Below are positions 37,802 through 47,238 of a stretch of DNA of 64,000 bases, piece by piece (position 1 is the stretch's first letter; every line of letters begins with the position of its first letter). Position numbers and translations under genes: made by a program. The notes beneath the pieces are model-generated. The model was not told the origin of the DNA. It saw only the letters and a list, made by a program, of their open reading frames with translations, and did not search any database. The stretch is from an uncultured Gemmatimonadota bacterium. Lineage in GTDB: Bacteria > GCA-2686955. Location of the stretch: positions 1 through 64,000 of the forward strand of contig CAZBBK010000006.1 of NCBI GenBank assembly GCA_964490075.1. Direction: 5' to 3'.

Positions 37802-37864
37802 CCCACAATCCGCCACCAATTCGCGATCCGCACGGCGAATCGCGAATTGGTGGCGGATTGTGGG
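37802..37864. repeat. Perfect 26-bp inverted repeat with 11-nt spacer
   Basis: CCCACAATCCGCCACCAATTCGCGAT-N11-ATCGCGAATTGGTGGCGGATTGTGGG. Confidence 0.9.
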
Positions 37865-37904
37865 ACCGCTTGTCCCTTGGGAATTGCCAGGCTATCTTGC
37901 CAAT

Positions 37905-38159
37905 ATGGCACGCCAAACCACCATCGATCGCTTTGGACGAGTGCTGATTCCCAAGGAGATCCGGGATCGCCTCGGTCTCCGAGCCGGCGTCCACCTGCAT
38001 CTCACGATGGAGGAGGATCGCCTGGTCCTCGAGCGGGATGCGGCGGCTCCGAGGATCGAAGAGGAGACCGGGATCTTGGTGGTTCTGGGGACCGGATCCG
38101 AGATACCCGATCACCGATCGATCCGCGAGCAGGAGCTGGACCGGTCGACGCCATCATGA
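37905..38159 (+). CDS. AbrB/MazE-type antitoxin (VapB)
   Basis: TTIDRFGRVLIPKEIRDRLGL.G AbrB fold; ATGA overlap with the PIN gene. Confidence 0.85.
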   Translation: MARQTTIDRFGRVLIPKEIRDRLGLRAGVHLHLTMEEDRLVLERDAAAPRIEEETGILVVLGTGSEIPDHRSIREQELDRSTPS

Positions 38160-38623
38160 TGGTGTGTTTCGACACCTCGGTGCTCGTGGCCGCCACGCTG
38201 CGCGACCACCCTCGGCATCACCGGGCGATGCCGTGGATCGAGGCGGCGCACACGAGCACGATCCGGGGCGCCGTAACGCGCCATGGCCTGCTCGAGCTCT
38301 ACGCGGTTCTGACCCGGCTTCCTCGCAGCGCTGCCCTCGATCCGGCGCAGGCTCTCCGCGTCGTCAAGCGCCTGACCAACGTGTTGAAACCGCTGCCGAT
38401 GGTCGACTCCGCGTACGCCGCGGCGCTGGAGATTTGCGCCAACCGCGGAGGAAGCTCGGGGGCCGTCTTCGACGCCCTGCACCTCGCGACCGCCGGCGCG
38501 GCGGGCGCCGATGCGGTGCTCACCTTCAACACAAGAGACTTCACGCGCCTGGCCGGTCCCACCGACCCATCGATTCTGCTGCCGCCCGATCCGCCGCGAG
38601 TAGACCTCCTGCCCCACGAATGA
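38156..38623 (+). CDS. vapC: PIN-domain toxin (VapC)
   Basis: FDTSVLV, ELYAVLTR, FDALH, TFNTRDF. Confidence 0.85.
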   Translation: MMVCFDTSVLVAATLRDHPRHHRAMPWIEAAHTSTIRGAVTRHGLLELYAVLTRLPRSAALDPAQALRVVKRLTNVLKPLPMVDSAYAAALEICANRGGSSGAVFDALHLATAGAAGADAVLTFNTRDFTRLAGPTDPSILLPPDPPRVDLLPHE

Positions 38624-38642
38624 GGCTGGGGGAGCCCTCTTC

Positions 38643-39980
38643 TCACCTCCCCGTCGGAACCGTCCGCACCGTCAGAGCGCTCCCATCGGTGATCACCTCG
38701 ACGTGGCCGGTGACGTCGCGCCAGTAGGCCGCGCCCGGCACGATCGAGTCGGAGCGGAACACCGTGCTGCCGGCGCCGTGCAGGATGTCGATCACCCCGT
38801 CGTGGGGCAAGGCGTACTCCACCTGGGCGGCATCGATCGGCACCAGGGCCACGCGCGCGCTGACGCTGCTGGCCCAGGTGCGTTCGGTGGCGTCGTTGGA
38901 GCCGTGGTGCCCCACCTTCAGCACCAGCGCGTCGAGCGCTCCAGCGAAGCGGCCGCGCACCGTGTCGATCAGCGGCGTCTCGGCGTCGCCGGTGTAGATC
39001 AGGTCGACGTCGCCGTAGCTCACCCGGAACACGAAGGAGGAGTTGTTCTCGTTCGTTCCGTCGTCGCTCGAGGGCGCGAAAGGATTGCCCGCGTTCAGCA
39101 CCAGCACGTCGAGCTCGGGACCGAAGTCGAGCAGATCGCCGGTCTCCGGCTCGGCCACCTCGGCGCCCCCCGAAGTGGCGCAGGAGCGCAGCCAGCCGTA
39201 GGTTCCGGCCTTGGTCGTGATGTAGGGGGTGGAGAAGTAGACGCTGCCGACCTGGTAGTCGGGGTTGCCGCAAGGAGCCATGACGGTCTGGGTGAGGCCG
39301 GTGTAGTGATCGGCGTGCAGGTGGGTGATCACCAGGTCGTCGATGTGGTTGCCTTCGGGACCGAGCCAGGTCAGGCGGTCCTCCAAGAGCGCCCGCAGGC
39401 TGCCCTGGTTGTCGCCCGAGCCGGTGTCGATCAGCACCCGCCGCCCCGAGGGCGTCTCCAGCAGGTGGGCGTCACCCCAGCCCACGTCGATCATGGTGGC
39501 GCGCAGGAAGCTGGGAGTGGCGGGGGGGCTCCAGCCCTGCACCGCGGCCCGCAGCGCGGTGACCCGGTGCTCGACGCCGTCCTCGTCTTCGACGCGCAGC
39601 ACCAGATCGAGTGAATCGCGCGTGCCGAGCGGCCAGGCGAGCAGGGGCAGAACCCCCGTGGTGTCGGGCGCCGTGCCCTCCGCGGCCCAGGCGAAGACCG
39701 TCGCCCGGTCGTCGGGCAGGCCGATCTCGACCCGCGCCAAGCCGCGCACCGCCGATGCCCAGACCACCCGGTCACCCTCGAAGACCAGCGGCTCCGGGGC
39801 GGTGGGATCGGGATCATCGGGAGGCCCACCGGGTCCGAAGGGGTTCTCCTCCACCTTGCCGCAGCCCACCACAGCCAACACCAGCAACCACGCCGGCGCA
39901 CGCCTCCGCGGTGGATTGGCGCCCCCCTCGACGCTACTATGCGACCTGATCTCGTCGACCGACGATCCGTTGTTGCTCAT
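38643..39980 (-). CDS. Lipoprotein with ComEC-type metallo-beta-lactamase domain (third paralogue)
   Basis: Lipobox LAVVGC; DVGWGDA, THLHADH, NENNSS, YTGDAE, KVGHHGS; start uncertain. Confidence 0.8.
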   Translation of the reverse strand: MSNNGSSVDEIRSHSSVEGGANPPRRRAPAWLLVLAVVGCGKVEENPFGPGGPPDDPDPTAPEPLVFEGDRVVWASAVRGLARVEIGLPDDRATVFAWAAEGTAPDTTGVLPLLAWPLGTRDSLDLVLRVEDEDGVEHRVTALRAAVQGWSPPATPSFLRATMIDVGWGDAHLLETPSGRRVLIDTGSGDNQGSLRALLEDRLTWLGPEGNHIDDLVITHLHADHYTGLTQTVMAPCGNPDYQVGSVYFSTPYITTKAGTYGWLRSCATSGGAEVAEPETGDLLDFGPELDVLVLNAGNPFAPSSDDGTNENNSSFVFRVSYGDVDLIYTGDAETPLIDTVRGRFAGALDALVLKVGHHGSNDATERTWASSVSARVALVPIDAAQVEYALPHDGVIDILHGAGSTVFRSDSIVPGAAYWRDVTGHVEVITDGSALTVRTVPTGR

Positions 39981-39995
39981 TGAAAGGTCCGCCGC

Positions 39996-41651
39996 GTGTT
40001 GCATCGATTCGGGGCTCGCCCCCTTGCCACGATCTGGGCGCTTGCCGCTCCGCTCGCCACGGCGCCCGCCGGCGCCGAGGTTCCGCACGTCGGCGCGCGC
40101 GAGGGCGTGCTGCGCGTCCACCTGCTCCACACCAATGATATCCACGGCTACCTCGGAGCGCGAGAAGCGGGTTGGATGAATCCCGAGTTCCCGCCCGGGA
40201 TCGGCGGTGCCGGATCGGCGGCCGCCTACATCAAGCGGGTGCGCGCCGCGGCCGCGGCCGCCGGCGAGGGAGTGCTCTTGCTCGACGGCGGCGACATCTT
40301 CCAGGGCACCCGCCTGGGCGAGCGCAACCAGGGAGCGGCGATCATCGAGTGGATGAACGCCATCGAGTACGACGCCATGGTCCTGGGCAACCACGACTTC
40401 GACGTCGGTTGGGAGAACGCCCGGCGCCTCGCCACCATGGCCGAGTTCCCGGCGCTCGGCGCCAACGTGGCGCTGGCCGAGTCCGGCGTCCCGGTCGACT
40501 GGGCCGCGCCCTACGCGATGGTCGAGACCGCCGGTGTGCGCTTCGGCATCGTCGGCATCGTCACCCGCGACACCAAGACCCTGGTTCCGGCCGAGGAGCT
40601 CGGAAACGTCGATTTCCTCCCCGCCGACGAGACGGTGCGGCGCATCCTGCCGGAGCTGGAGGCGAAGGGCGCAGACGTGGTGATCGCGCTGGGCCATATC
40701 GGGGTCCCGCCGGGCTTCGAGACCCGCATGGAGTCGGTCGAGGAGAAGGTGGCGCAGACCCCCGAAGAGCGCGAGAGCGGGCTCAACGCCCAGGAGCTGG
40801 TGCACGCGGTGCGCGGCATCGACCTCATGGTCGGCGGGCACATCCACTGGGGGCTTCGCAAACCCTACGAGGACCCGATCACCCACTCGGTCTGCTTCCA
40901 GACCTACGGGCGCATGTCGGGGCTCGGCCATATCGTGCTGCTGATCGACGAAGAGACCAAGAGCTTCGCCGGTTACGAATTCGCCCACGCCGACGGTGCC
41001 GAGGTCACCCTCTTCAGCGACTATATCTGGCCCGATCGCGAGCACGCCGAGGCGATCGGGGCGGCGGTGGCCGAGGCCGAGGCGGGGATGGACCAGGTCG
41101 TCGGCCGGATCGGCGTGCACCTGGCCCGCGGCGATGCCGAGCACATCCTCGGCCAGGTGGTCGCCGACGCCTTCCGCGATGCGGTCGATGCCGACGTGGC
41201 CTTCACCAACCGCGGCGGCATCCGCACCGAGCTCCGGCGCGGCCCGGTCACTCCCCGCGACCTCTACGAAGTGCTGCCCTTCAACAACGAGCTCGAGCTC
41301 TACCTGGTCGACGGCACCACCTTGCGCGCCATGCTCGAGACCGGGGTCTCGGGCGGGCGCCGCGACCTGGAGCTCTCCGGTGCCGAGATCACCGTCGACC
41401 AGGCCGCCCCCGACGGCGCCAAGCTGACCCGCATCGAGGTCGGCGGCGTCCCCCTCGACGCCGAGGCCCAGTACACGGTGGTCACCACCTCGTACCTGGC
41501 CCAGGGCTCGATCGGCTGGGAGCTGCTGGTCGACATGCCCTCCCAGAGCACAGGATTCAGCGACCTGGAGGCCTTCCAGCGCTACATCGAGAACCACAGC
41601 CCGATCGTGGTAGAGTTCGTGCCGCGAATCGAGAGGGTCAACGTTCGGTAG
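39996..41651 (+). CDS. Secreted bifunctional metallophosphoesterase / 5'-nucleotidase (UshA-like)
   Basis: Signal peptide; HTNDIHG, LDGGD, GNHDFD, GGHIH; C-domain NRGGIR...LPFNN. Confidence 0.9.
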   Translation: MLHRFGARPLATIWALAAPLATAPAGAEVPHVGAREGVLRVHLLHTNDIHGYLGAREAGWMNPEFPPGIGGAGSAAAYIKRVRAAAAAAGEGVLLLDGGDIFQGTRLGERNQGAAIIEWMNAIEYDAMVLGNHDFDVGWENARRLATMAEFPALGANVALAESGVPVDWAAPYAMVETAGVRFGIVGIVTRDTKTLVPAEELGNVDFLPADETVRRILPELEAKGADVVIALGHIGVPPGFETRMESVEEKVAQTPEERESGLNAQELVHAVRGIDLMVGGHIHWGLRKPYEDPITHSVCFQTYGRMSGLGHIVLLIDEETKSFAGYEFAHADGAEVTLFSDYIWPDREHAEAIGAAVAEAEAGMDQVVGRIGVHLARGDAEHILGQVVADAFRDAVDADVAFTNRGGIRTELRRGPVTPRDLYEVLPFNNELELYLVDGTTLRAMLETGVSGGRRDLELSGAEITVDQAAPDGAKLTRIEVGGVPLDAEAQYTVVTTSYLAQGSIGWELLVDMPSQSTGFSDLEAFQRYIENHSPIVVEFVPRIERVNVR

Positions 41652-41723
41652 CTGTCGCGCACGAAACGAGCGGACCGCTCCCGGCCGGCGACCCGGCAAA
41701 TCGCGAACACAGGAGCAAAATCC

Positions 41724-42581
41724 ATGCGCATCGTCGAGACCATCACGGCGGCCTCCATCCTGGCCCTTCCCGGCGCCGCCTCCGCCCACCTGCTGATCAG
41801 CGAGTTCGTGGTCACCCCGACCGACGGCGAGTTCGTCGAGATCTACAACCCGGGCGGCAGCGCGGTCGATCTCAGCGACTACTATCTGAGCGACGCGATC
41901 TGGAGCGGGGACCCGATCCCCGATTACGTCAACCTGGTCGACGGCAGCTACACCACCTACGACACGGACTTCCTGGCCCAGTTCCCCTCCGGCGCGACGA
42001 TCGGCGCCTACGAGGCGATCACGGTGGCGGTCAACGGCGCCGGCTTCGAGACCGAGTGGGGGGTCCCGGCCACCTACGAGCTGATCGACTCCGGCGCGAC
42101 CACCGACATGGTCGATCCGGGCGGCGACTGGATCGGCGCAGGAGCCGGCATCACCAACTCCGGCGAGGTGCTGATCCTCTTCCACTGGGACGGGATGAGC
42201 GACCTGATCCAGGACGTCGACATCGCGCTCTGGGGCGACAAGGACGAGGCGGTCGACAAGACCGGCGTCGCCAAGGATGGCCCCGACGGCAACTCGGACA
42301 CCACGACCTACGCCGACGATACCGACCCCGCGTCGCAGAGTGCGCTCGCCGACGGCCACGCCTTCGGCAACAGCTTCCAGCGCGTCGACTGCGTAGAGCT
42401 GAGTGAGACCTCGACGGGCGGCAACGGAATCGACGGCGACGACGAGACCTCCGAGGACTTCAGCACCTGGACCGAGGACGTGCCGACTCCCAACGTCGGC
42501 CCTACTGGGCAGGACTGCACCGGCACCAGCGTACAGAGCATGAGCTGGACCCAGATGAAGGCCCGCGCCGCGGTCAAGTAG
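41724..42581 (+). CDS. Secreted acidic lamin-tail domain protein with SWxxxK C-terminal tail
   Basis: AGGAG RBS; signal peptide; HLLISEFVV...EFVEIYNP...VDLSDYYLSD; ends TSVQSMSWTQMKARAAVK. Confidence 0.8.
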   Translation: MRIVETITAASILALPGAASAHLLISEFVVTPTDGEFVEIYNPGGSAVDLSDYYLSDAIWSGDPIPDYVNLVDGSYTTYDTDFLAQFPSGATIGAYEAITVAVNGAGFETEWGVPATYELIDSGATTDMVDPGGDWIGAGAGITNSGEVLILFHWDGMSDLIQDVDIALWGDKDEAVDKTGVAKDGPDGNSDTTTYADDTDPASQSALADGHAFGNSFQRVDCVELSETSTGGNGIDGDDETSEDFSTWTEDVPTPNVGPTGQDCTGTSVQSMSWTQMKARAAVK

Positions 42582-42696
42582 TTTTACCTAGGCAAAGCAT
42601 GGCGCCCTCGGATCCACGTATTCGGGGGCGCCCCGCCATGCGCACAGGCTCCTGAGGGGTTGACCCCGCCGACCGCCTGCCGCACGATGCCCTGCC

Positions 42697-44055
42697 ATGT
42701 ACGCCATCGTCATCGGTGCCGGCGAGGTCGGCTTCCATATCGCCGCGCGGCTCTCCGACGAAAACCACGACGTGGTGGTCGTCGACTGCGACGATACCCG
42801 GTTGGAGAAGTGCCGGGATCTGCTCGACGTGGCCACCGTGGTCGGCTCGGGCTCGCAGGAGCAGGCCCTGCGCCAGGCGGAGATCGAGCGCGCCGACCTG
42901 ATCGTGGCCGTCACCGACATCGACGAAGTCAACATCGTCGCCTGCCTGATCGCCCGCGCCTTCGACGTCAAGCGCCGCCTGGCCCGAATCACCCACGTCG
43001 GTCCCGAAGGAACCCCCTCACGTCTCTCCGGCAGCGACCTCGGCGTCACGCGGGTCATCAACCCCAACGAAGAGGCGGTGCGTGAGATCGACAACCTGCT
43101 GCACCACTCGTCGGCGACCGAGGTGGTCGAGTACGCGCGCGGCAAGCTCACCCTGGTGCGGGTGCCGGTCAACGACGGCGCCCCGATGGCCGGCAAGCAG
43201 CTGCGCGAGCTGGCCCCGAGCCAGGAGAACCGCGCCTTCAACATCGTCTCGATCCAGCGCGGCAGCCAGACCTTGATTCCCCACGGCGATGACAAGGTCG
43301 AGAACGGCGACCAGGTCTCGGTGATCTGCCGCACCGACGCGGTCGACGACGTCGCCTTCCTGGCCGGACAGCGCAACGAGCCGATCAAGCGGGTGATGAT
43401 CGTCGGCGGCGGCGACCTGGGCCGCAATCTGGCGCGGCGCCTGGAGCGCAAGAAGATCGCGCCGATCATCATCGAGCGCGACCGCGCCGCCTGCGTGTTC
43501 CTGAACGAGAACCTCGACAGCACTCTGGTGCTGCAGGGCGACGGCACCGACATCCAGCTCCTGACCAGCGAAGGGGTCGGCGAGATGGATGCCTTCATCG
43601 CGCTGACCCCCGACGAAGAGAACAACATCCTCTCCTCCCTGATGGCGCGCCACCACGGCTGCCGCAAGGTGATCACCCTGATTCGCCGTCCCGACTACGT
43701 CGAGCTGATGCCCTCGATCGGCCTCGACGCGGTGGTATCGAAACGGCTGTCGACCATCAGCGGGATCTTGCGATCGGTACGCCGGGCGTCGATCGTCTCG
43801 GTCACCCTGTTCAAAGACTCCGACGCCGAGGCGATCGAGGTGCGGGCCGCCAAGGGCGCCACCATGGTCGGCAGGCCGCTCGACCGGCCGAGCAAGTTCC
43901 CCCGCAACGTGCTGATCGGGGCGGTGATCCGCGGCGAGAGCGGCAAGATAGAGGTAGAGCTGGCCTCGGGGGGCACCGTGATCCAGCCGGGCGACCGGGT
44001 GGTGATGTTCGGCCAGAAGGACGCGGTGCGCAAAGCGGAAAGCCTCATCGGTTGA
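42697..44055 (+). CDS. trkA: Trk potassium uptake regulatory subunit
   Basis: Two RCK units (IGAGEVG; VGGGDLG). Confidence 0.92.
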   Translation: MYAIVIGAGEVGFHIAARLSDENHDVVVVDCDDTRLEKCRDLLDVATVVGSGSQEQALRQAEIERADLIVAVTDIDEVNIVACLIARAFDVKRRLARITHVGPEGTPSRLSGSDLGVTRVINPNEEAVREIDNLLHHSSATEVVEYARGKLTLVRVPVNDGAPMAGKQLRELAPSQENRAFNIVSIQRGSQTLIPHGDDKVENGDQVSVICRTDAVDDVAFLAGQRNEPIKRVMIVGGGDLGRNLARRLERKKIAPIIIERDRAACVFLNENLDSTLVLQGDGTDIQLLTSEGVGEMDAFIALTPDEENNILSSLMARHHGCRKVITLIRRPDYVELMPSIGLDAVVSKRLSTISGILRSVRRASIVSVTLFKDSDAEAIEVRAAKGATMVGRPLDRPSKFPRNVLIGAVIRGESGKIEVELASGGTVIQPGDRVVMFGQKDAVRKAESLIG

Positions 44056-44065
44056 GCTGCGACTC

Positions 44066-45670
44066 ATGCGCCTGAAGACAGTCCTTCATCTGATCGGTGC
44101 GCTGCTGGTCGCACTCTCGGCCTGCATGGTGCTCACCCTGATGGTGAGCGTGCTGGCCGGCGACGGCATCTGGCGACAATGGATGTCGTCGTCGATTCTC
44201 ACCATGCTCTCCGGCATCGGACTATTGGTGGCGACCGGATCGGCCGTGAGCCCGGCACTGCGCGCCGAGACCAGCGACGCGGTCGCGGATCTGGGCGATG
44301 CCCTTCGGAAGCTGCGCTTTCGGGAGCGGCCCGAAGGCGCCGGCATCGGCGGCGAGCTGTGGCGTGTGCTGGGCTTGGTGCCTCAGCTCACGCGGCCGGC
44401 GGAGGATCTCCGCAGAAGCGAAGGATTCGCGGCGGTCTCGATCGGCTGGGTGGCGATGGCGGTGTTCGGGACCATCCCCTTCCTGCTCTCCGGCTCCATC
44501 CCGTCCATTACCGACGCTTTTTTCGAGACCATGAGCGGGTTCACCACCACCGGGGCGTCGATTCTGACCGATATCGAGGCGCTCAGCCCGTCGATCCTCT
44601 TCTGGCGATCGCTCACCCACTGGATCGGCGGCATGGGGATCATCGTTCTGTCGCTGGCGATTCTGCCCTTCCTCGGGGTCGGCGGAATGCAGCTTTTTCG
44701 CGCCGAAGTGCCGGGTCCCGCTCCCGATCGGCTGCAGCCGAGGATCACCGAGACGGCAAAGTTGCTATGGGGTGTCTATGTGGCTCTGACCGTCGTGGAA
44801 ATCGTGTTGCTGATGATCGCCGGCATGCCGCTGCTCGATTCCTGCTGCCACGCTTTCGGTACACTCGGAACCGGCGGATTTAGCACCAAGAACGCCTCGA
44901 TCGGAGCCTACGACAGTTTATGGATCCACTGGATCATCATCGTTTTCATGCTCTTCGCCGGCTCGAACTTCACGCTCCATTTCGCCGCCTTTCGCGATCG
45001 GAGCCTGCGCGGCTATCTGCGCGATGTGGAGTTCCGGGTCTACGCATTCATGATGGTCGCGACGATTCTCACGGTCGCCGGCGTGGTCTATTTCGGCGAT
45101 ACTTCTCGGGGGGCGGCGGGCGATCTCAGCTCAGCCGCGTTCACGGTCGCGGCGATGAGCACCTCGACCGGCTACACTTCGGTCGACTATGAGCAGTGGC
45201 CCTTTCTGATTCACGCCATTCTGCTGGTGCTGATGTTCGTGGGGGGATGCGCGGGGTCGACCGGGGGCGGCTTCAAGCTGGTGCGAGCCCTGCTCCTGGT
45301 GCGTTTCACGCGTATCGAGCTGCGGCGCTTGCTGCATCCGCGCGCCGTCATCTCGGTCAAGTACTCGGCCCGCCGGGTTCCCGAGCCGATCATCCAGAAC
45401 GTGCTCGGCTTCTTCCTGCTCTACATGATCTTCCTGACCCTGGGCGCTTTCGCCCTGACCCTCTTCGGCATCGATCTGCTCACCGCCGGCAGCGCCTCGC
45501 TGGCCTGCTTGAGCAATATCGGTCCCGGCCTGGCGGGAATCGGCCCGACCGCCAACTACGCTTGGATGCCCGACGCCGCCAAGTGGCTGCTGGCGGCCTG
45601 GATGCTGCTCGGACGCCTGGAGATCTACACGGTGTTGATCTTCTTCGCGCCGGAGCTCTGGCGGCGCTGA
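44066..45670 (+). CDS. trkH: Trk potassium uptake membrane subunit
   Basis: Four pore loops TTTGAS, GTGGFS, TSTGYT, SNIGPG; GGCAGSTGGG; GRLEI. Confidence 0.92.
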   Translation: MRLKTVLHLIGALLVALSACMVLTLMVSVLAGDGIWRQWMSSSILTMLSGIGLLVATGSAVSPALRAETSDAVADLGDALRKLRFRERPEGAGIGGELWRVLGLVPQLTRPAEDLRRSEGFAAVSIGWVAMAVFGTIPFLLSGSIPSITDAFFETMSGFTTTGASILTDIEALSPSILFWRSLTHWIGGMGIIVLSLAILPFLGVGGMQLFRAEVPGPAPDRLQPRITETAKLLWGVYVALTVVEIVLLMIAGMPLLDSCCHAFGTLGTGGFSTKNASIGAYDSLWIHWIIIVFMLFAGSNFTLHFAAFRDRSLRGYLRDVEFRVYAFMMVATILTVAGVVYFGDTSRGAAGDLSSAAFTVAAMSTSTGYTSVDYEQWPFLIHAILLVLMFVGGCAGSTGGGFKLVRALLLVRFTRIELRRLLHPRAVISVKYSARRVPEPIIQNVLGFFLLYMIFLTLGAFALTLFGIDLLTAGSASLACLSNIGPGLAGIGPTANYAWMPDAAKWLLAAWMLLGRLEIYTVLIFFAPELWRR

Positions 45671-45895
45671 TCAACCAGAGTCAGCGAGCTCCGCGAGACG
45701 GCGCCGCGCCTCCTCGGCCGCCGCGGTCTCGGGGTACTTCTCCGCCACCCGCCGGTACATCTTGGTGGCGTTCGGGATGTTGCCCTGCGCTTCTTCGAAG
45801 TGCGCGTGCTCGATCAGATCGCGGGCCTTGCCCTCCGATCCACCGCAGGAAGCGACGAGGAATACCAGGCTGCTGACGAGAAGGGCGCGGATCAT
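45671..45895 (-). CDS. Small TPR-like lipoprotein
   Basis: Lipobox LVASC; A..MYRRVAEKYPET.AA.EA single TPR-like unit. Confidence 0.65.
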   Translation of the reverse strand: MIRALLVSSLVFLVASCGGSEGKARDLIEHAHFEEAQGNIPNATKMYRRVAEKYPETAAAEEARRRLAELADSG

Positions 45896-45952
45896 CTGGG
45901 TTCTCCTTCGGAGGTTAGTCTAGCGGCGAAACCCGAGATTGGAGACATCCTC

Positions 45953-47167
45953 ATGCGCTCCCCGCTTCTGCTCGTCGCCGGATTCGCGACCATCGGCGCA
46001 GCAAGCGCCGATCAGACCATCCGCGTCGACCTGATCTCGTCGTACGACGGCGCCCCGACCTGGTCCCTGGTCCACATCCCCGACGCCTACACCCCGGGCG
46101 ACCCGACCCCGCTGGTGATCGGCTGCCACGGCATGGGAGGCGACGCCTACAGCGCCATCGACGGCTTCGCGTCCCACACCGGCCCGCGCGGCTGGATCCT
46201 GGCCGCGCCGCACACCCACGGCGAACGCTCCGGCGGCGAGACCTCGCTGGCCGCTCGCGCCGCCCAGCACGACGTCATCGACCTGGTTCAGTACTGCCTG
46301 GATCACTACGACATCGACAGCGACCGGATCTATCTCAGCGGCGGCTCGATGGGTGGCCTGCAGACCTCGATCAGCGCCGCCAAGTACCCCGATCTCTTCG
46401 CCGCCGCCTGGGAATGGATGGGACCGGCCGATCTGGAGGTGATCTGGTACGAGATCGACGGCTCGTTCCTGTTCCAAGGTCTCGCCGACGACACCGTGAT
46501 CGAGTGCGGTGGCGAGCCGACCGAGCAGCCCTTCGAGTATCGCCGGCGCTCTGCCCTCGAGTACGCCATGAACCTGCGCAGCGTCCCCTTCAAGATCGGC
46601 CACGGACGCACCGACATCCTGGTCTACCCCCACCACGCCAACGACCTGGACGCCGCCATCCGCTCCTGGGACCCGCTTTACTACGACGGCATCCTGTGGC
46701 ATTGGGGCAGCCACTGGATCCTTCCGCGGCATTTCGCCCGCACCGTGGAGTGGTTCGAGGACAAGGTCCTGCTGCCCTCCCCCGACTTCTTGCAGCTCAC
46801 CGTCGACGAGGACCTGCGCTACCACTACCTCGACGTGGCTCCGCGCGCTCCGGACAACGACTTCGCGCGACTGCAGAGCGAGCTGCTGCCGGCCGCCAAT
46901 ACCTGGGACCTCAAGATCCGAGGGGCGCTGCGCGCCGGTCTCTACCTGGCCGACTCGAGCCTAAACGGCGGCTCCGACCTCGCCCTCAGCGTTCTGCGGC
47001 TCGACGAGATCGACCTGGTGCTGATCGGGCTCGAGGGCACGGTCGATGCCGTGCAGCGCAACGGCGTCCCCTTCGCCGACTACGAGATCGAGGGCGCGCG
47101 CCTGGTTCTGCACGCACCCGGCAACGGGCGTGTGGAAGAGGACTACCTGATTCGGATCGTGCATTGA
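45953..47167 (+). CDS. Secreted alpha/beta-hydrolase (esterase/depolymerase/S9-like)
   Basis: GGAG RBS; signal peptide; PLVIGCHG, DRIYLSGGSMGG nucleophile elbow, HGRTD. Confidence 0.8.
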   Translation: MRSPLLLVAGFATIGAASADQTIRVDLISSYDGAPTWSLVHIPDAYTPGDPTPLVIGCHGMGGDAYSAIDGFASHTGPRGWILAAPHTHGERSGGETSLAARAAQHDVIDLVQYCLDHYDIDSDRIYLSGGSMGGLQTSISAAKYPDLFAAAWEWMGPADLEVIWYEIDGSFLFQGLADDTVIECGGEPTEQPFEYRRRSALEYAMNLRSVPFKIGHGRTDILVYPHHANDLDAAIRSWDPLYYDGILWHWGSHWILPRHFARTVEWFEDKVLLPSPDFLQLTVDEDLRYHYLDVAPRAPDNDFARLQSELLPAANTWDLKIRGALRAGLYLADSSLNGGSDLALSVLRLDEIDLVLIGLEGTVDAVQRNGVPFADYEIEGARLVLHAPGNGRVEEDYLIRIVH

Positions 47168-47209
47168 AAAAGGGCCGCCCACCGGAGGGCAACATCTCCG
47201 GTGGGCGGC
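47167..47209 (-). terminator. Intrinsic terminator between convergent genes
   Basis: 14-bp perfect stem GCCGCCCACCGGAG/CTCCGGTGGGCGGC with an A5 tract (U-tract on the minus strand). Confidence 0.75.
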
Positions 47210-47238
47210 AGGGAGTGCAGGCGATCTTCGCTCCGTGG

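Noticed and set aside
38643-42359. 1238-aa minus-strand ORF
   Set aside because: Only the last ~445 codons (MBL lipoprotein) are real; the rest is the antisense shadow of the nucleotidase and LTD genes.
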